Assembly (NCBI GenBank): GCA_951406725.2
Contig: OX597816.1
Location: 65,968,001-66,032,000, forward strand
Direction of reading: 5' to 3'
DNA from: Octopus vulgaris
Taxonomy: Eukaryota
Length of the DNA stretch: 64,000 bases
The notes under the pieces were generated by a model that made no database searches, was not told the DNA's origin, and saw only the letters and a list, made by a program, of their open reading frames with translations. The translations under genes were made by a program, and so were the position numbers. Shown here piece by piece: positions 42,111-55,023 of this stretch. Every line of letters starts with the position of its first letter. The stretch's first letter is position 1.

Positions 42111-43227
42111 TAATAATAATAATAGTTATAATAATGATAATCCTTTCTACTAAGGGGCACAAAGCCTGAAATTTTGGAGGAGGGATTAAGTTGATTACAT
42201 CAACCCCAGTGTTTCACTGGTACTTAATTTGTCAACCCTGAAAGGATGACAATCTTATTAAAGGTCAATGTGTGTGAACAGAAGATAGATATATGTAAAT
42301 GTACTTGTGCAACTTGTATCAAAATGAATTTTTTTAAAAGAATCCAGCAAGCAGAATGTCTTTATTCTGTATTTCTTGGATGAAGTTTTGCCAACATATT
42401 GGCAAAACTTCATCCTACTACAGTAGAGTTAATTAAGTCAAAAATAATAGTTTGGTAGCCTTCAATGCATTTATATAAAATAAATGATATTAAGTTGTTA
42501 AATTTAAATACGAGACGCATCTCCTTTACTGAAAAATTACATGGTTTTTGTTATTTTTTAATTAAAATTCTGGCAAGTTTATAAATAAAGTGTTGATTAA
42601 AATTTGTAATACCTTTTAACACTAATCTAAAGTAAGAATGAAAAAATACTAGCTACATTATAATAATTACCTGTACAATACAATTAATACCCATGTGAAA
42701 TCAATAATGACAAATTGTGCTTCAAAAATACTTGTAATTGAGTCCATTAAATCCAATATAATTGAATCACTAAAAATTAATTTGCTTTCATTAGCAAATA
42801 ATTTTTTAAAAAAAGAGGTGGAAACAATAAGAAATATTTGTAACTGGCCCTTTTTATTTTTTATGTTTTATATTATATTTATTAGCAAAGGTATTTACTA
42901 ATATTTTGCTTTCAGTCTATTTTCAATAGCAATTTTTTTCACCAAGGTTTATTTTCCACTCTAGCCCCTATTTTATTCTTTTCATTTTACATTTATCTTT
43001 CATGTGAAAATCAAATCTTTTCTTCGCATTCTATATGCAGTATTTGTTTTGATATTTAATGTTCAGTGCTTAAAGTACTTCTGTATTTATCATCTGTTTA
43101 ACTGGAAGTAGGACTGTCTATATAAGCAGAGCATACTGCTTTCTGTTGTTGCTGTGCTCTCCTGTTTCGGTGTTATGTACTTGTGCTATATTTTAGCTTT
43201 CTGAACCATATATATATATATATATAT

Positions 43228-43568
43228 AAACAATTGCAGCATGGAAGGTGTTTATAAGCCATTTAAGAAACACACAAAATCCGTTAGATTCACTTCAACA
43301 TTTAAATTTAATTTGTCAAAATATTTTCATCGCTTTGAGACCGCAATCTGTTCACTGACAAAATTTCGTGCTGCATCTCTTTTGTCAGTGAACAGATTAC
43401 GGTCTCAAAGCGACGAAAATATTTTGACAAATTAAATTTAAATGTTGAAGTGAATCTAATGGATTTTGTGTGTTACTTAAATGGCTTATAAACACCTTCC
43501 ATGCTGCAATTGTTTTCGTTCCAGCACACGATCTCAGATCAAGTCACTCGCTATGCAAGTACATCTCC
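43228..43568. mobile_element. Fold-back element (136-bp inverted arms, 16-nt loop, 53-nt unique tail) in (TA)n
   Basis: 43228-43363 is the near-perfect reverse complement of 43380-43515. Confidence 0.9.
43381..43431 (+). ncRNA. Putative hammerhead ribozyme variant with G3:C8 core (antisense copy at 43312-43362)
   Basis: Stem I TTTGTCA/TGACAAA, core GTGAACA, stem II ATTGC/GCGAT (better paired in the minus copy), GAAA, palindromic AATATT stem III, UUU triplet. Confidence 0.55.
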
Positions 43569-44612
43569 ATATATATATATGTATATTCTTTCTACATTGT
43601 TAACGTTTGAGATGAATTCTTTGACAGTATTTATTATAAACTAAAAATGCTTCATGTAGATAAAAGATAACTATCAATGTAATAACCAATAATTCTCTAT
43701 TTTCTGGAGGTAACAACCAAAACATAATTGTTATTTTAGGGAAGTTATACAATTTAAACATTATTAGTCTTAAATAATTAAAAGTTGTTTATTCGTAGAG
43801 AACCACTTTGGCATATGTTTGGGTTAACTACTGTTATCACTGGATATTATTTCAGTTGTAACTATGAATTCATTTTTAAATAAGTTGACTCACCTCTCTT
43901 AAGTCTATTTTCTCATAGTATAGTAAGCAGCACTCTGTACCAGAAGCTGTTGCATAGTTAGTCAGTTTGTTCATTGTAGGAGCTAAGATTCTCCTGACTA
44001 TCTTTAAAGTAGAGGGTTACATTTTTTAGTCCTTATTGGTAGCATAGTATGTTACACAGTAATGTCTATTATGGATCACACAGGCTTACCATAGCTTGAA
44101 TATTTACCCAATGACGAAGTTTGACATGAACTGGATATATTAATGATTTGCTATTTGTTACTTTTTAGTACATTAAATCTGCAAGTTAATCATAAAAGAT
44201 TAAATTAACTATGCAAGCTGATATTGCTTTGTACAAAAATTTGAAATCCAAAGACCTCCCAAATCAAAAAGTTTTGAAGTGAGATGTGCTACAAATAGAA
44301 AATTCTAGAAAATGTTAGTAAAGTTCTCAGGTGATGTGTAACTGTTGTGTCACACAGTAGGCTGCCAGTGTTGGGAATGACTTCCTCCATTCTGGGTTGG
44401 GCTTATCCAGCCTAAGTTGACTCCAGTTTATAGTCAGGTGCTACCATAGTAACACCTTCAGATTGATAATCATGGAACAACTGAACATTCATCATAATTA
44501 ACTGAATTATTTTAACATCAAATCTGAATTTCACCTCCACATATTTGACTTGCATCATTACTTGTACATGTATGGGTACAAAATTATTTAGAACTTTTAT
44601 AAATTCACTGTA

Positions 44613-44886
44613 AGTGGAACCTCAGTTTATGAATGCCTCTCATCACAAATAGGGTAACAAATGGTATATCAAGTAACGAACATAAAAGCTGACAACAACG
44701 GTTGGTGACAAGCTAGGATTATCAGCAGGAGAGTGTCAGTTGCTATCTAGCTATCACTTAGAGCACATCCATGACCGAATTCACCATGCATTCTCTTGAA
44801 TGGTAAAAAGAGTTTCAATTTGCTAACATTTTGGGTGACGAATGGCCTTCAGAAACAAATTAAATTCATAAACCAAAGTTGCACTG
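44613..44886. mobile_element. Tigger/pogo-type MITE
   Basis: TIRs agtggaacctcagtttatgaat / attcataaaccaaagttgcactg with TA flanks. Confidence 0.65.
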
Positions 44887-46645
44887 TATTAAAACTAGCG
44901 TCACATTATATGTATTGTGAAATATCAGCAGATGATGCATTTAGGCTGAGGTCCCAGCCATAGATGTTCCATATGATAATTTCAAAATCTTCAGACATCT
45001 AAAATCAGAAACAGCCCTGATTCCAAATATTTCAGATAAAAATTTATCAGTCTGCATCAATTTCAGACATTTGCCAATGCAGAGAAGACCAAGTCTATTC
45101 AGTAACGAGAGGTCTCTGTACAAAAAAGCATTTGCTGGGCAACTCATACCAACTTACCAGTAAATACAAAAACAGTTCATCTCGTTCTGTATTTCCTTAA
45201 TGTTACTCATTGCTCACAATGTGCATTTAACATGAGTTTCTTTTTACCCTTTCATGTTGATGTATGCTTGAGAGCAGTAGAATATTTTTGATTATTGCTG
45301 TTGATTGAATCATTTCTCACCTAATTCAAACTTGTCTATAATACTAGATTTAGGCTTTATTTGAATCCTAATTATACAGACCAACTTAACTTTACGTGTA
45401 TACACATGCATACGCATACACACACACATACACAAATACAATGCATTTTGCATTATATTTCTCTTTTCAGATTTAACTACAATACAAAGGAAGGGATTAG
45501 CCTACATTGTGAGTGTGGGGAGCAACTAACAGTCAAATAATTCATCTCAATCTCTATGTCTATGATGTACACAAAACACAAAGTTATTTAAGAGAATCTC
45601 TTGGATTCTATCATTTGTGTTTAGAATAAGTGAAGAAAGAAAAAAAGTTTGGTTTTTTTTAGCTAGAAATGTTTTAATTTATTTATTATTAAAAAATAAG
45701 TTTTAGAAGTGTAAAAATGTAAATACAAATTATCAAACTGACATCTTTGTTAAAAATTTAGTAACATATTTCAAAATGTTGATATTCTAAACTAATAATT
45801 GTGATGATGATATAATAAATGAAATTATATTTTATTACCATAAAAACAATAAAAACCATTAAATATTTATCACACACATGAAAGCATTGTGTGTATGTGA
45901 GTACTTAAACTCAATGTATTTCAACTTTCATTTTTTTTTCTATATGTAAAAAGTCAGAGCAAGAGTAATTTAGATTCTACAACAAAGCAAAACATAAATT
46001 GTGATTATTCATTTTCTATCAATTTTTGGAGAGTTAACTATGAAAATATATTTGTCATTCAATTAACACTATTGCTAAAAAAATCTAATTAATCATTGTA
46101 GCTGAAGTTAAAATATCATATGATTATTGTAGCTAAGTTAAGGGGTTAAGTAAGAAATAGAACATTGGACTTTTATTGTTTTTCATCCCTCTAATTCTAA
46201 TTCCAAACCTTACTAGAGTTAGTATTGCTTTTCACCATCCTGGAATGGGTAAAATAAATTAGATCCATCCATCCATTTTCTCCACCCACTGTTCTTGGGA
46301 TGGTTGTGTGGGTAAAGTTACCAGATACTTCTTCCATAGCATCCTATCAGAAGTAAGCCTAATTATTTTTCTGGATGGATTCCCAAGCATGACCAAATGA
46401 GACTATGGATATTATCCAACTATCCCATTCATGGTCTACCCCTATGTTTCTAGCTGGTTGGCTCAATTTGAAGAATCCACTTTGCAATTCTTTCTTGCAA
46501 TATTCTATCACATGTCCATAATACCAGAACTGTGACCTCTCAATGTAGAGAAGTTTGACCTGGAGAGATTACTTGGTCTCTCAGCAATGCACCCTGTTGA
46601 GTAATGTTACTCTATAAATAGATGTTAGTTCAAATTTGTGACCAT

Positions 46646-47032
46646 AGGTGCAGGAGTGGCTGTGTGGTAAGTAGCTTGCTTACCAACCACATGGTTCTGG
46701 GTTCAGTCCCACTGTGTGGCACCTTGAGCAAGTGTCTTCTACTATAGCCTCGGGCCAACCAAAGCCTTGTGAGTGGATTTTGTACATGGAAACTGAAAGA
46801 AGCCCGTCGTATATACGTATATGTATATATGTGTGTGTGTCTGTGTTTGTCCCCACAACATCGCTTGACAACCGATGCTGGTGTGTTTACGTCCCCGTAA
46901 CTTAGCGGTTCAGCAAAAGAGATCAATAGAATAAGCATTAGGCTTACAAAGACTAAGTCCTGGGATCGATTTGCACTAAAGGCAGTGCTCCAGTATGGCT
47001 GCAGTCAAATGACTGAAACAAGTAAAAAGAGT
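46646..47032 (+). mobile_element. tRNA-derived SINE with internal (TA)/(TG) tract
   Basis: gtggctgtgtgg A box, gggttcagtccc B box, accttgagcaagtgtc core. A reverse copy lies at 60335-60741. Confidence 0.85.
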
Positions 47033-47398
47033 ATATAATTACAGTCATCTCCAAAATTATTTTCTACATCATAAATATCTGCTACTGTTGCTACTACTGT
47101 TACCATTTTTGATAATTAATTTATTGGTTTACATTTGTCATAAGTTATAAATTATATATGTCTGCTTTATAATTTCCTTTTTTTAAGTTACAATATAAGA
47201 AACTTTGATTTTAAATTATTTTAGTTTATAAACAGTAAGAATATATTATTTTGTTGTGGTCATACAAGTACCATTTAAAATTATTAATTCATTAATCATA
47301 TAATTTGAATATATCAAAGAAATTCATTAGCCATACAAAATCTGTACATGTGTGTATAAATGCATATATATGTATGCATGCAGGTGTGCGTGTATGTG

Positions 47399-47454
<56 letters not shown>

Positions 47455-47865
47455 GTATGTGTATATACGTCATACATATCATTATCATCATCATTTTACA
47501 TCTGCTTTTTACCATGCTTGCATAGGTTAGATTCTTTATCAAAATTGGTGACATTCATACAGAGAACACCTGAAAAACAAGCCAATGATCTGAATAGGTT
47601 TTTCTGGGTTACCACTATCAGGCAGGTTGTGCTAAGCAAAAAGAGTAAAGAATTTCACGTACTGTCTAGCACTTATTATTCAGAGTCTCTGCTCCACCCT
47701 TCCTGAGCAGGGTCTTTGCTTTTCTAGTACATTCCATTTTGGCATGTTTTCTACAGTTAGATGCCTTTCCTATCACTTTTACAGGTGTGTATATATGTGT
47801 GTGTGTGTGTATATATATGTGTATGTATGTATATATATATATGAATAAGTATGTGTGTTATGTAA

Positions 47866-47900
<35 letters not shown>

Positions 47901-48752
47901 TAAGTATGTGTGTTATGTATGTATATATGTTTACATGTAGGTGTGTGCATACATAGATATAAATGAATCTGTATGTGGTGCATGTACTTTCTCACATGCA
48001 CATGGGAAAATAATGAATGCTTCGTTTTGCTTGTAGCTTGTCTGATAAATAGGTTTTAATGCTTCAGATGGAAATATACATTCTACTTACAATTTTAAAG
48101 TCAAATTACAAAGTGTATCATCATCATCATCATCGTCGTTTAACGTCCGTTCTCCATGCTAGCATGGGTTGGACGGTTCGACCGGGGTTCTGGGAAGCCA
48201 GAAGGCTGCACCAGGCTCCAGTCTAAATTTGGCAATGTTTCTACAGCTGGATGCCCTTCCTAACGCCAAGATTGTATGATTGTATGATTTTTTATATTCA
48301 TGTGCAAAGTTATACATAAACATTGTGTGACCAGTTTATATATTTATATATCTACATATACAAAAGTAGAGACCACACCTTAATATACAAACTTGACCAC
48401 TCCAAAAATTATACTAAGGAGTTAGTTGTCCCCCTTGCACCTGTTACCTCCCTTGGTCCACTCTCTAGACTCATTCTTATTTTTCAAGCATCAAAAATAG
48501 TGAGACCCCTTTGTCACAAGAATTGATTACTTTACAATGTCCCTTGAAAAGCTAATTTAAATAGCAAAAACTGGTTGGATATCACTACATCCATAAAATA
48601 CATACATATTTTTAAAATTTCTTTATAAAAAGATATTAAACTATGTGAAACGAAGGCATTTGTCTTCCACTTTTTATATATGTTTTCCACATATTTTCAA
48701 CTCATAATTTTGCCACGTGGTGTATACTGAATCTCCAGTATTTTTGCTCCTT

Positions 48753-48787
<35 letters not shown>

Positions 48788-48791
<4 letters not shown>

Positions 48792-49508
48792 GGCACGTAA
48801 CAAACACCATCCGATCGTGGCCGTTCGCCAGCCTCATCTGGCACCTGTGTCGGTGGCACATAAAAACACCATCCGAAGACCCGGCAAGACTAGTCAGGCC
48901 ATAACCTGTGGCCCCTACCTGGGACGTAGTCAGTCCACCTGTGCATACCTTCTTTCTTGTGACACTTGTGAAGACCTGTTGAGGCAAGTGAAAATCAAAA
49001 CAAATCAAAATAGATGAACATCAATGGAATCTGTATCTTTGTGGTACCAGTGCCGGTGGCACGTGGCACACAAGAAAACCATCCGAACGTGGCCGTAGCC
49101 AGTACCGCATCGACTGGCCTCCGTGCTGTGGGCACGTAACAAACACTATCCGATCGTGGCCGTTTGCCAGCCTCATCTGGCACCTGTGTCGGTGGCACAT
49201 AAAAACACCATCCGAGCGTGGCCGTCTGCCAGCCTCGTCTGGCACCTGTGTCGGTGGCACATAAAAAACACCATCCGAGCGTGGCCGTTTGCCAGCCTCG
49301 TCTGGCACCTGTGTCGGTGGCACATAAAATCACCCACTACACTCTCGGAGTGGTTGGCGTTAGGAAGGGCATCCAGCTGTAGAAACACTGCCAGATCTGA
49401 TTGGACTGGTGCAGCTTTCGGGCTCCCCAGACCCCAGTTGAACCGTCCAACCCATGCTAGCATGGAAAGCGGACGTTAAATGATGATGATGATGATGATG
49501 ATGATGAT
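48788..49508 (+). mobile_element. RTE 3'-UTR repeat with internal ~62-bp tandem units and (GAT)n tail
   Basis: Repeated gtggcacataaaaacaccatccgagcgtggccg..tgccagcctc.tctggcacctgtgtcg. An inverted partial copy lies at 48117-48268. Confidence 0.85.
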
Positions 49509-50257
49509 ATATATATATATACTGCTAAAATATCTAAATAGATTCAGTGATTTATGTTTAAGCCCTGCAATATTTAAGTACAGTTTGTAAACAACTTAAG
49601 CAAAATATTAGAATGAGAAAATGTTTAGGAGACCAACAAGTTTATTGTGTGTGTGTGTAGTTGTAATAATGAAGTCAAACCAAATAGTAATATTTTGAAA
49701 TCATTTAGTATGCATGTTTCAGGTTTGTGTTATATGTAATAGGAAATGTATCCATTGTGTAAACCTTCCTCAGTTAAAGTGTTTCAAAAATACAACTCAA
49801 TGCCAGTACTAACTAGTTGGTTTTGACTCCATTTATGTGGATACTCTTACAATGATTTGGAATAGTTTGCTGTTTTTGACTTGTTAAAAACTCTGGTTTT
49901 ATACACCGCCCTTTAGCATAACACAGAATTCACACACACAAACTTATTTTTAATATAAGCCATACAGTGCTACTGATATTCAAGTCTCATAACAGATATT
50001 AAATAGCTAGATTATATATATCACAGACATTATACATACAGAAGACATCTGTTTTGGTCAAGTTCATTATAGAAGTAAAGCATTCCAAGTTATATGTTTT
50101 GAAAAATCCTGATACAATTATAAATTATGAGATATAGATGTTAAACACTTACGTAACTTATGAGATTTATTTAAATTAACTAACTGAAAACCTATTATGT
50201 TGAACAGCATTATTTCACTATTACCTAATTTTTCTACTTCCTAACATGCTAACATTT

Positions 50258-50550
50258 TGTTGTGTGGACACCCCCAGACAATGAAGTAGACTAGCCCAAT
50301 ACGTAGATATAGAGGGAGAAGTCTAGAGAACAGGAGAAGAGCAGAGTAGAGTAGTAAAGGCATCCGAACGTGTGACATAACAGTGGCGACGAGGATTTCG
50401 TAGCTCACACAGTCACTGTGTAATGTTGCAATATAACAGTGGCAACAAGGATTTCGTAGCTCACACAGTCACTGTGTAGTATTGCGATATAACAGTGGCA
50501 ACAAGGATTTCATAGCTCACACAGCTACTGTGTAGTATTGCGATATAACA
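50258..50550 (+). mobile_element. Miniature LTR-type element: 125-bp LTR-like segment + 3 x 56-bp PBS-containing repeats, 5-bp TSD
   Basis: cattt|TGTTGTGT...ACATAACA-g-TGGCGACGAGGAT (tRNA-Ser(GCT) PBS)... ending ATATAACA|cattt. Confidence 0.75.
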
Positions 50551-51924
50551 CATTTAAAATATCATATCTTTTGAATAACTTTTCCCTTATTTTATTTTAA
50601 TTATATTGTATCTGGTTCAGTGTTGTACTCCAGTTTAGCTTTTCTAAGTTGATTTAAATGGATGTCATATGTCATGCGAGTAACTGCTTTTCTCTATCCC
50701 ATAATTTATAACTGTGGAGTATTCAAAACATGTAACTAAGAATATTGCACTTTTGTTTTGGAGCTGATATCTGAAACAAATAAAGGGAAAATTACCATTG
50801 CATAAAGCAAGATTATGTATCAACCACCTGGTATCAGAATTTAACCAGCATATATAGCTACTACTCAAAATTGTCAGATGAAAAATAATAAGATGCATAG
50901 AGTTACTGTGATAACACATGTGACTTTATATATTATCACAGTGATATATTATTATGTATAATTTATGCAACAGTATATATTATCACAGCAATATGTTATG
51001 TATAATTTATATGATAATATATGATGCATAAAGTCACTGTGTCTTATTTCTTATATTTTGTCCTGTTTTGACCTTATAGAAAAAAATTGAAAACATATAT
51101 CAGACAATGCTCCATGGAAACTATACTGCTCTGATACATACATATATAGATTTATGCTATACATGATATTGATATACATTAAGTTCATATTTAGGCAATC
51201 ATATCCTTTAAGTTACTACTTTTTGTTCAGTATTTATTAATTTTTTTAATATTTATTTTACATATTTATTTCAGTCTTCTTTTTCTTTTGAAGTGTCTTG
51301 TGTATGAAATAATTGTCAGTAGTTTTATGTAAATCAATTTAGTTTTGTCCTTTTTTTTCTTATTTTTAGTATGCCTGGAAAATTGTGGAGAGACTTTACT
51401 TTGATGAGAATGAGTTTAATTGATAATTATCACTAAATTAGTTTAATCAAAAATATATATATATTTTTTAACCTGCACTAAATAATGACAAGAAAAACAA
51501 CTACAATAATAATACTTTCAATCTATAAGCACAAGACTGAAATTTTGCGCAGTGGGGGTCATTTGATAGCACTGATCCCAGTACTAAACTGATACTTACT
51601 TCAGTGAAGATGAAATTTTGGAAGGCAAAATTTGAACTCAGAATATAAAAATGGACAAAATGCTGTTAAATATTTTGTCCAATGTGCTAATGATTTTGCC
51701 AGCTTACCACCTTAATAATAATGATGATAATAAACTGTGTGTTTATTCTTCTCCCACAGACATCAGTGTTTTCAGTTGCATAGCACCTCACCTGTTAACA
51801 TCTTCAGACAAGCAAAACCTTGTTGTCCCTTGACGTCTCTGGTTGAGACTTGGATGCAAATCATATTAAAGAAAGTAAAACCAAAAACGTAGCATAATAA
51901 TAATATGAATGTAGTTGTTAAGGA

Positions 51925-52200
51925 ACAGGAAAATACCAAGACTTAACAAGAGAATGCAAAACACTGTAGAGGGTTTGCAAAAGTAAACCCAGCAGTTATA
52001 GATGCCTTACGTACCATTTACCAACAGACTTGACAGTTTCTATATTGAGTTTAGTGTAACTATGAGATTTGCATTAATACAGAAATCTATTCTATTAGGA
52101 ACAGCAAGGATTATTCGAAAGGTTTTGGTATTTAAGGAAACTAGTTATGACTTGTGCTTGCCTTTAATTAATAACAGTGATCATCAAAGACATTTTATGA
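51925..52200 (+). mobile_element. R4/Dong-like LINE 3' end, decayed
   Basis: KYQDLTRE...IQKSILLGTARIIRKVL. Confidence 0.65.
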
Positions 52201-54722
52201 TACAAATTAAAAGCAAATACAAACTGAGTTGTACATTAATGTTCCAGTGATGAAAATAAATCAAAAATTGTTGTAGTGTATCTTATTAATATGATTTGGG
52301 ATCAAATAGAGAGCGATGTGGGAAAATATATCTTAATTCCTACATTTTTACCACTTTAAAACTTTTCAGGTGGTTACTTTATCAAATAATATTATTTTAT
52401 GTAATCTTTCTTTAAATATATTTTATTTAACAAAATTATATTTTCATAAGGCTTATTAAAACATTGTTTATTTTCTTAATGTAATCAAAGATTGAATTAA
52501 AGTTTAAATAGAAGTCAAACTTTTAAAATTTCTTAAAAGAATGAGTAAAAAAATGTATTGAAATTTAAATAATTATATTTAATGCATTCATAAAATATTT
52601 CCTCATCTTCCTTTGTATTGGTGTGTGTGTGTGTGTGTGCAAATATATGCACACATATGCATGGTGCTCTTTTTCTTGAATAAGGTCAAAAAAATATCTG
52701 AATTTGCCTTGATTCAAATGAAGTTAATATTCTATGTTACATTGATTCATAACTCTAGAAATCATAAAAGAATATTAGAAACGCATCATATATATATACA
52801 TATATATAGATATATATATCAAATTTCATGTAGTTATTTGCAGTGACCTTACTGAAACTAATGCTCACTAAAAGAGTGACTCAGAGAGGACATTAATATC
52901 CAGGAATATTTGATGCATTATAAACAATTAGTAGAGTTGGAAATGATACATTTAATGTAGTGAGCCAAGAAACTCTAATATACTCTTAGTGAAGAGAAAA
53001 ATCAAGAGGAACATCTCTAAAATTTTAAATTAATAAAAATAAAATGCTGTAGGAAGTTTGTCTGTAGCAGTATGGTGACAACTCTGAGCTTGTCTCTCCT
53101 ATGGTTTTCGACCAGAATTAATGATAAAACTAAAAATAGTTATTCTCTCACCATTATCTACTATTGGATCTACCTAAATGTAACTGCTGTATCAGATGTG
53201 CTGTAATTTGGAGATCTTTTTTGTGATAAAAATGCGATATGAGTTTGTGGGGATATCTTTTTCTTATTGCACTGGTTGAAATATTTGTTCATTCTTTTCA
53301 TGGTCAACCATTTAAGTATTACTTTGATTTCTGTTTCTAATAAGGGTTAACTTGGTAAATGCTTTGATCAAAAGCCTCAAAACAAATCGCTATAATTTTA
53401 CTCATTTACTGGTTTCAACAATCTGGCTATGACAATACTATGGCACCACCATTAAATAATTTAATAATATTTTCTCTATTCGCCACATCAGTGATCAAAA
53501 TAATTACCATTATCGCCATATGCTCTTATCATCGTTAATATTGCATCTCTCGTTACTTAAAGATTTATCATTTTTTCTTTCCCTCCTTCTCTTTCAAAGC
53601 CTACTATTTCAAACCATAGGCACAAAGTTGTCTCCATATCATTAACATCAAATGTTTTTTGTCCACAATTAATTTTCACCCATTAGAATCCTTTTAGTTT
53701 AAATTAGAAACATTTCTGTTTAGTTTGCATTTTCCTTATTTATCAAGTTACTAAACTGACTTCTAAAACAGCATCCAAATAAAACTCCCTCAAATCATAG
53801 TCTGCTAGAAATAGCAGTCTAATAAATCATCCTGACATCAATCTTATTTAAGATCAAGAGCATATCAGGCAATGTAATCCTAAGTATATAAAAATGCCTT
53901 TGATCATAGGTTTTCTTGATTAGGACTGGGGATAAACAACAACGAAATAAACTAGTTTGGGATTTTACATTCTGTTTTGTTTTTTGTTGTTGTTTTTTCA
54001 ATAGTTTTCATGGTTTTCAAATTTCAAATGTTGTTTATTGATGTTTTTATAAATAGTTTTCTCTTTGACAGAAGTAGAAAGAAACTTTAATCAAAAAAAT
54101 TCTGCTACTGTTTCTTCTTTTACATTTTGTCATTGAACTTGCACAAAAGCTTTTGATACACATCAGAATAAATAGCTCCCCAAACCCAGAAAAATAATAT
54201 CTTTCAAGTAAATAGTACAAATTCAATAACTGCTTGTTCTTTTAGTATTTTGTTGTCTTAACTATTAAAACCTTCTTAATTTTTCATAACTGATTGTTTA
54301 AAGATTATTTCAAACATTTTTAGAGATGTGGGTTTATAAAATTATAATTATCATGAAATTTTGCAATAATAGTAGTTTTACAATTTAGTGTGAAATATTC
54401 TTTATAAAAATATCTATTGTCCATAATTTCATAAAATTTCATTAACAATGATTCTGCAAGTGATGTACAACAACACTAACATCTAAATCTATATTTACAT
54501 AACCTTTCATTATGAAAGACTCAAAAGTTTAGATGCACCTAATTTTCAAAACGTTTTTACAATCAAATAGTGATATTCATTGAGAAGAAAACTTTATTAT
54601 TTAAAATATAATTAATAGATAATTATACAAAAATAGAACTCTGAAAAAAAAAATGTTCTCATTTCAACAATATTTCAAAGCGGTTCATTTCTCAATGTAT
54701 TTTAAAATGTAGTAGTCAAATG

Positions 54723-55023
54723 TTGTTTGTCCCTTCTCGAGCCATGCCTGGCTCATAAGGGCTGGTTTCCTGGTTTCCTTGGTATATAGGTTCCCCACCT
54801 GGACAGGACGCCAGTCCATCGCAGGTGAGCTGCAAGATGCAGGAGGAAAGAGTGAGAGAAAATTGTGGTGAAAGATTTAGAAGTTCGCCATTACGTTCTG
54901 CCAGAGCCGCATGGAGCTTAGGTGTTTTGCTCATAAACACACACATCGCCCAGTCTGAGACTCGAACCCACAAACCCTTGACTGCGAATCCATTGCTCTA
55001 ACCACAAGGCCATGTGCCTCCAC
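54723..55023 (-). mobile_element. tRNA-derived SINE with 12-bp TSD
   Basis: TSD agtagtcaaatg at 54711-22 and 55024-35. A/B boxes are present, plus the V-SINE-like domain ctgcgatggactggcgtcctgtccagg. Confidence 0.85.

Larger units (their letters stand above)
40100..42250 (-). mobile_element. Second SINE cluster (minus strand) with (TAA)n spacers and nested insertions
   Basis: At least six copies of the 26-28 kb family in reverse orientation, one nested at ~40501-40733. Confidence 0.85.

Noticed and set aside
48995-49479. Overlapping 96-118 aa ORFs with internal repeats
   Set aside because: They arise from ~62-bp tandem units in an RTE 3' UTR found at many loci in the window.
50377-50550. Repeat array superficially CRISPR-like (palindromic repeats)
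   Set aside because: Units are contiguous 56-bp tandem copies with no unique spacers, there are no cas genes, and the context is eukaryotic. The LTR/PBS interpretation fits better.
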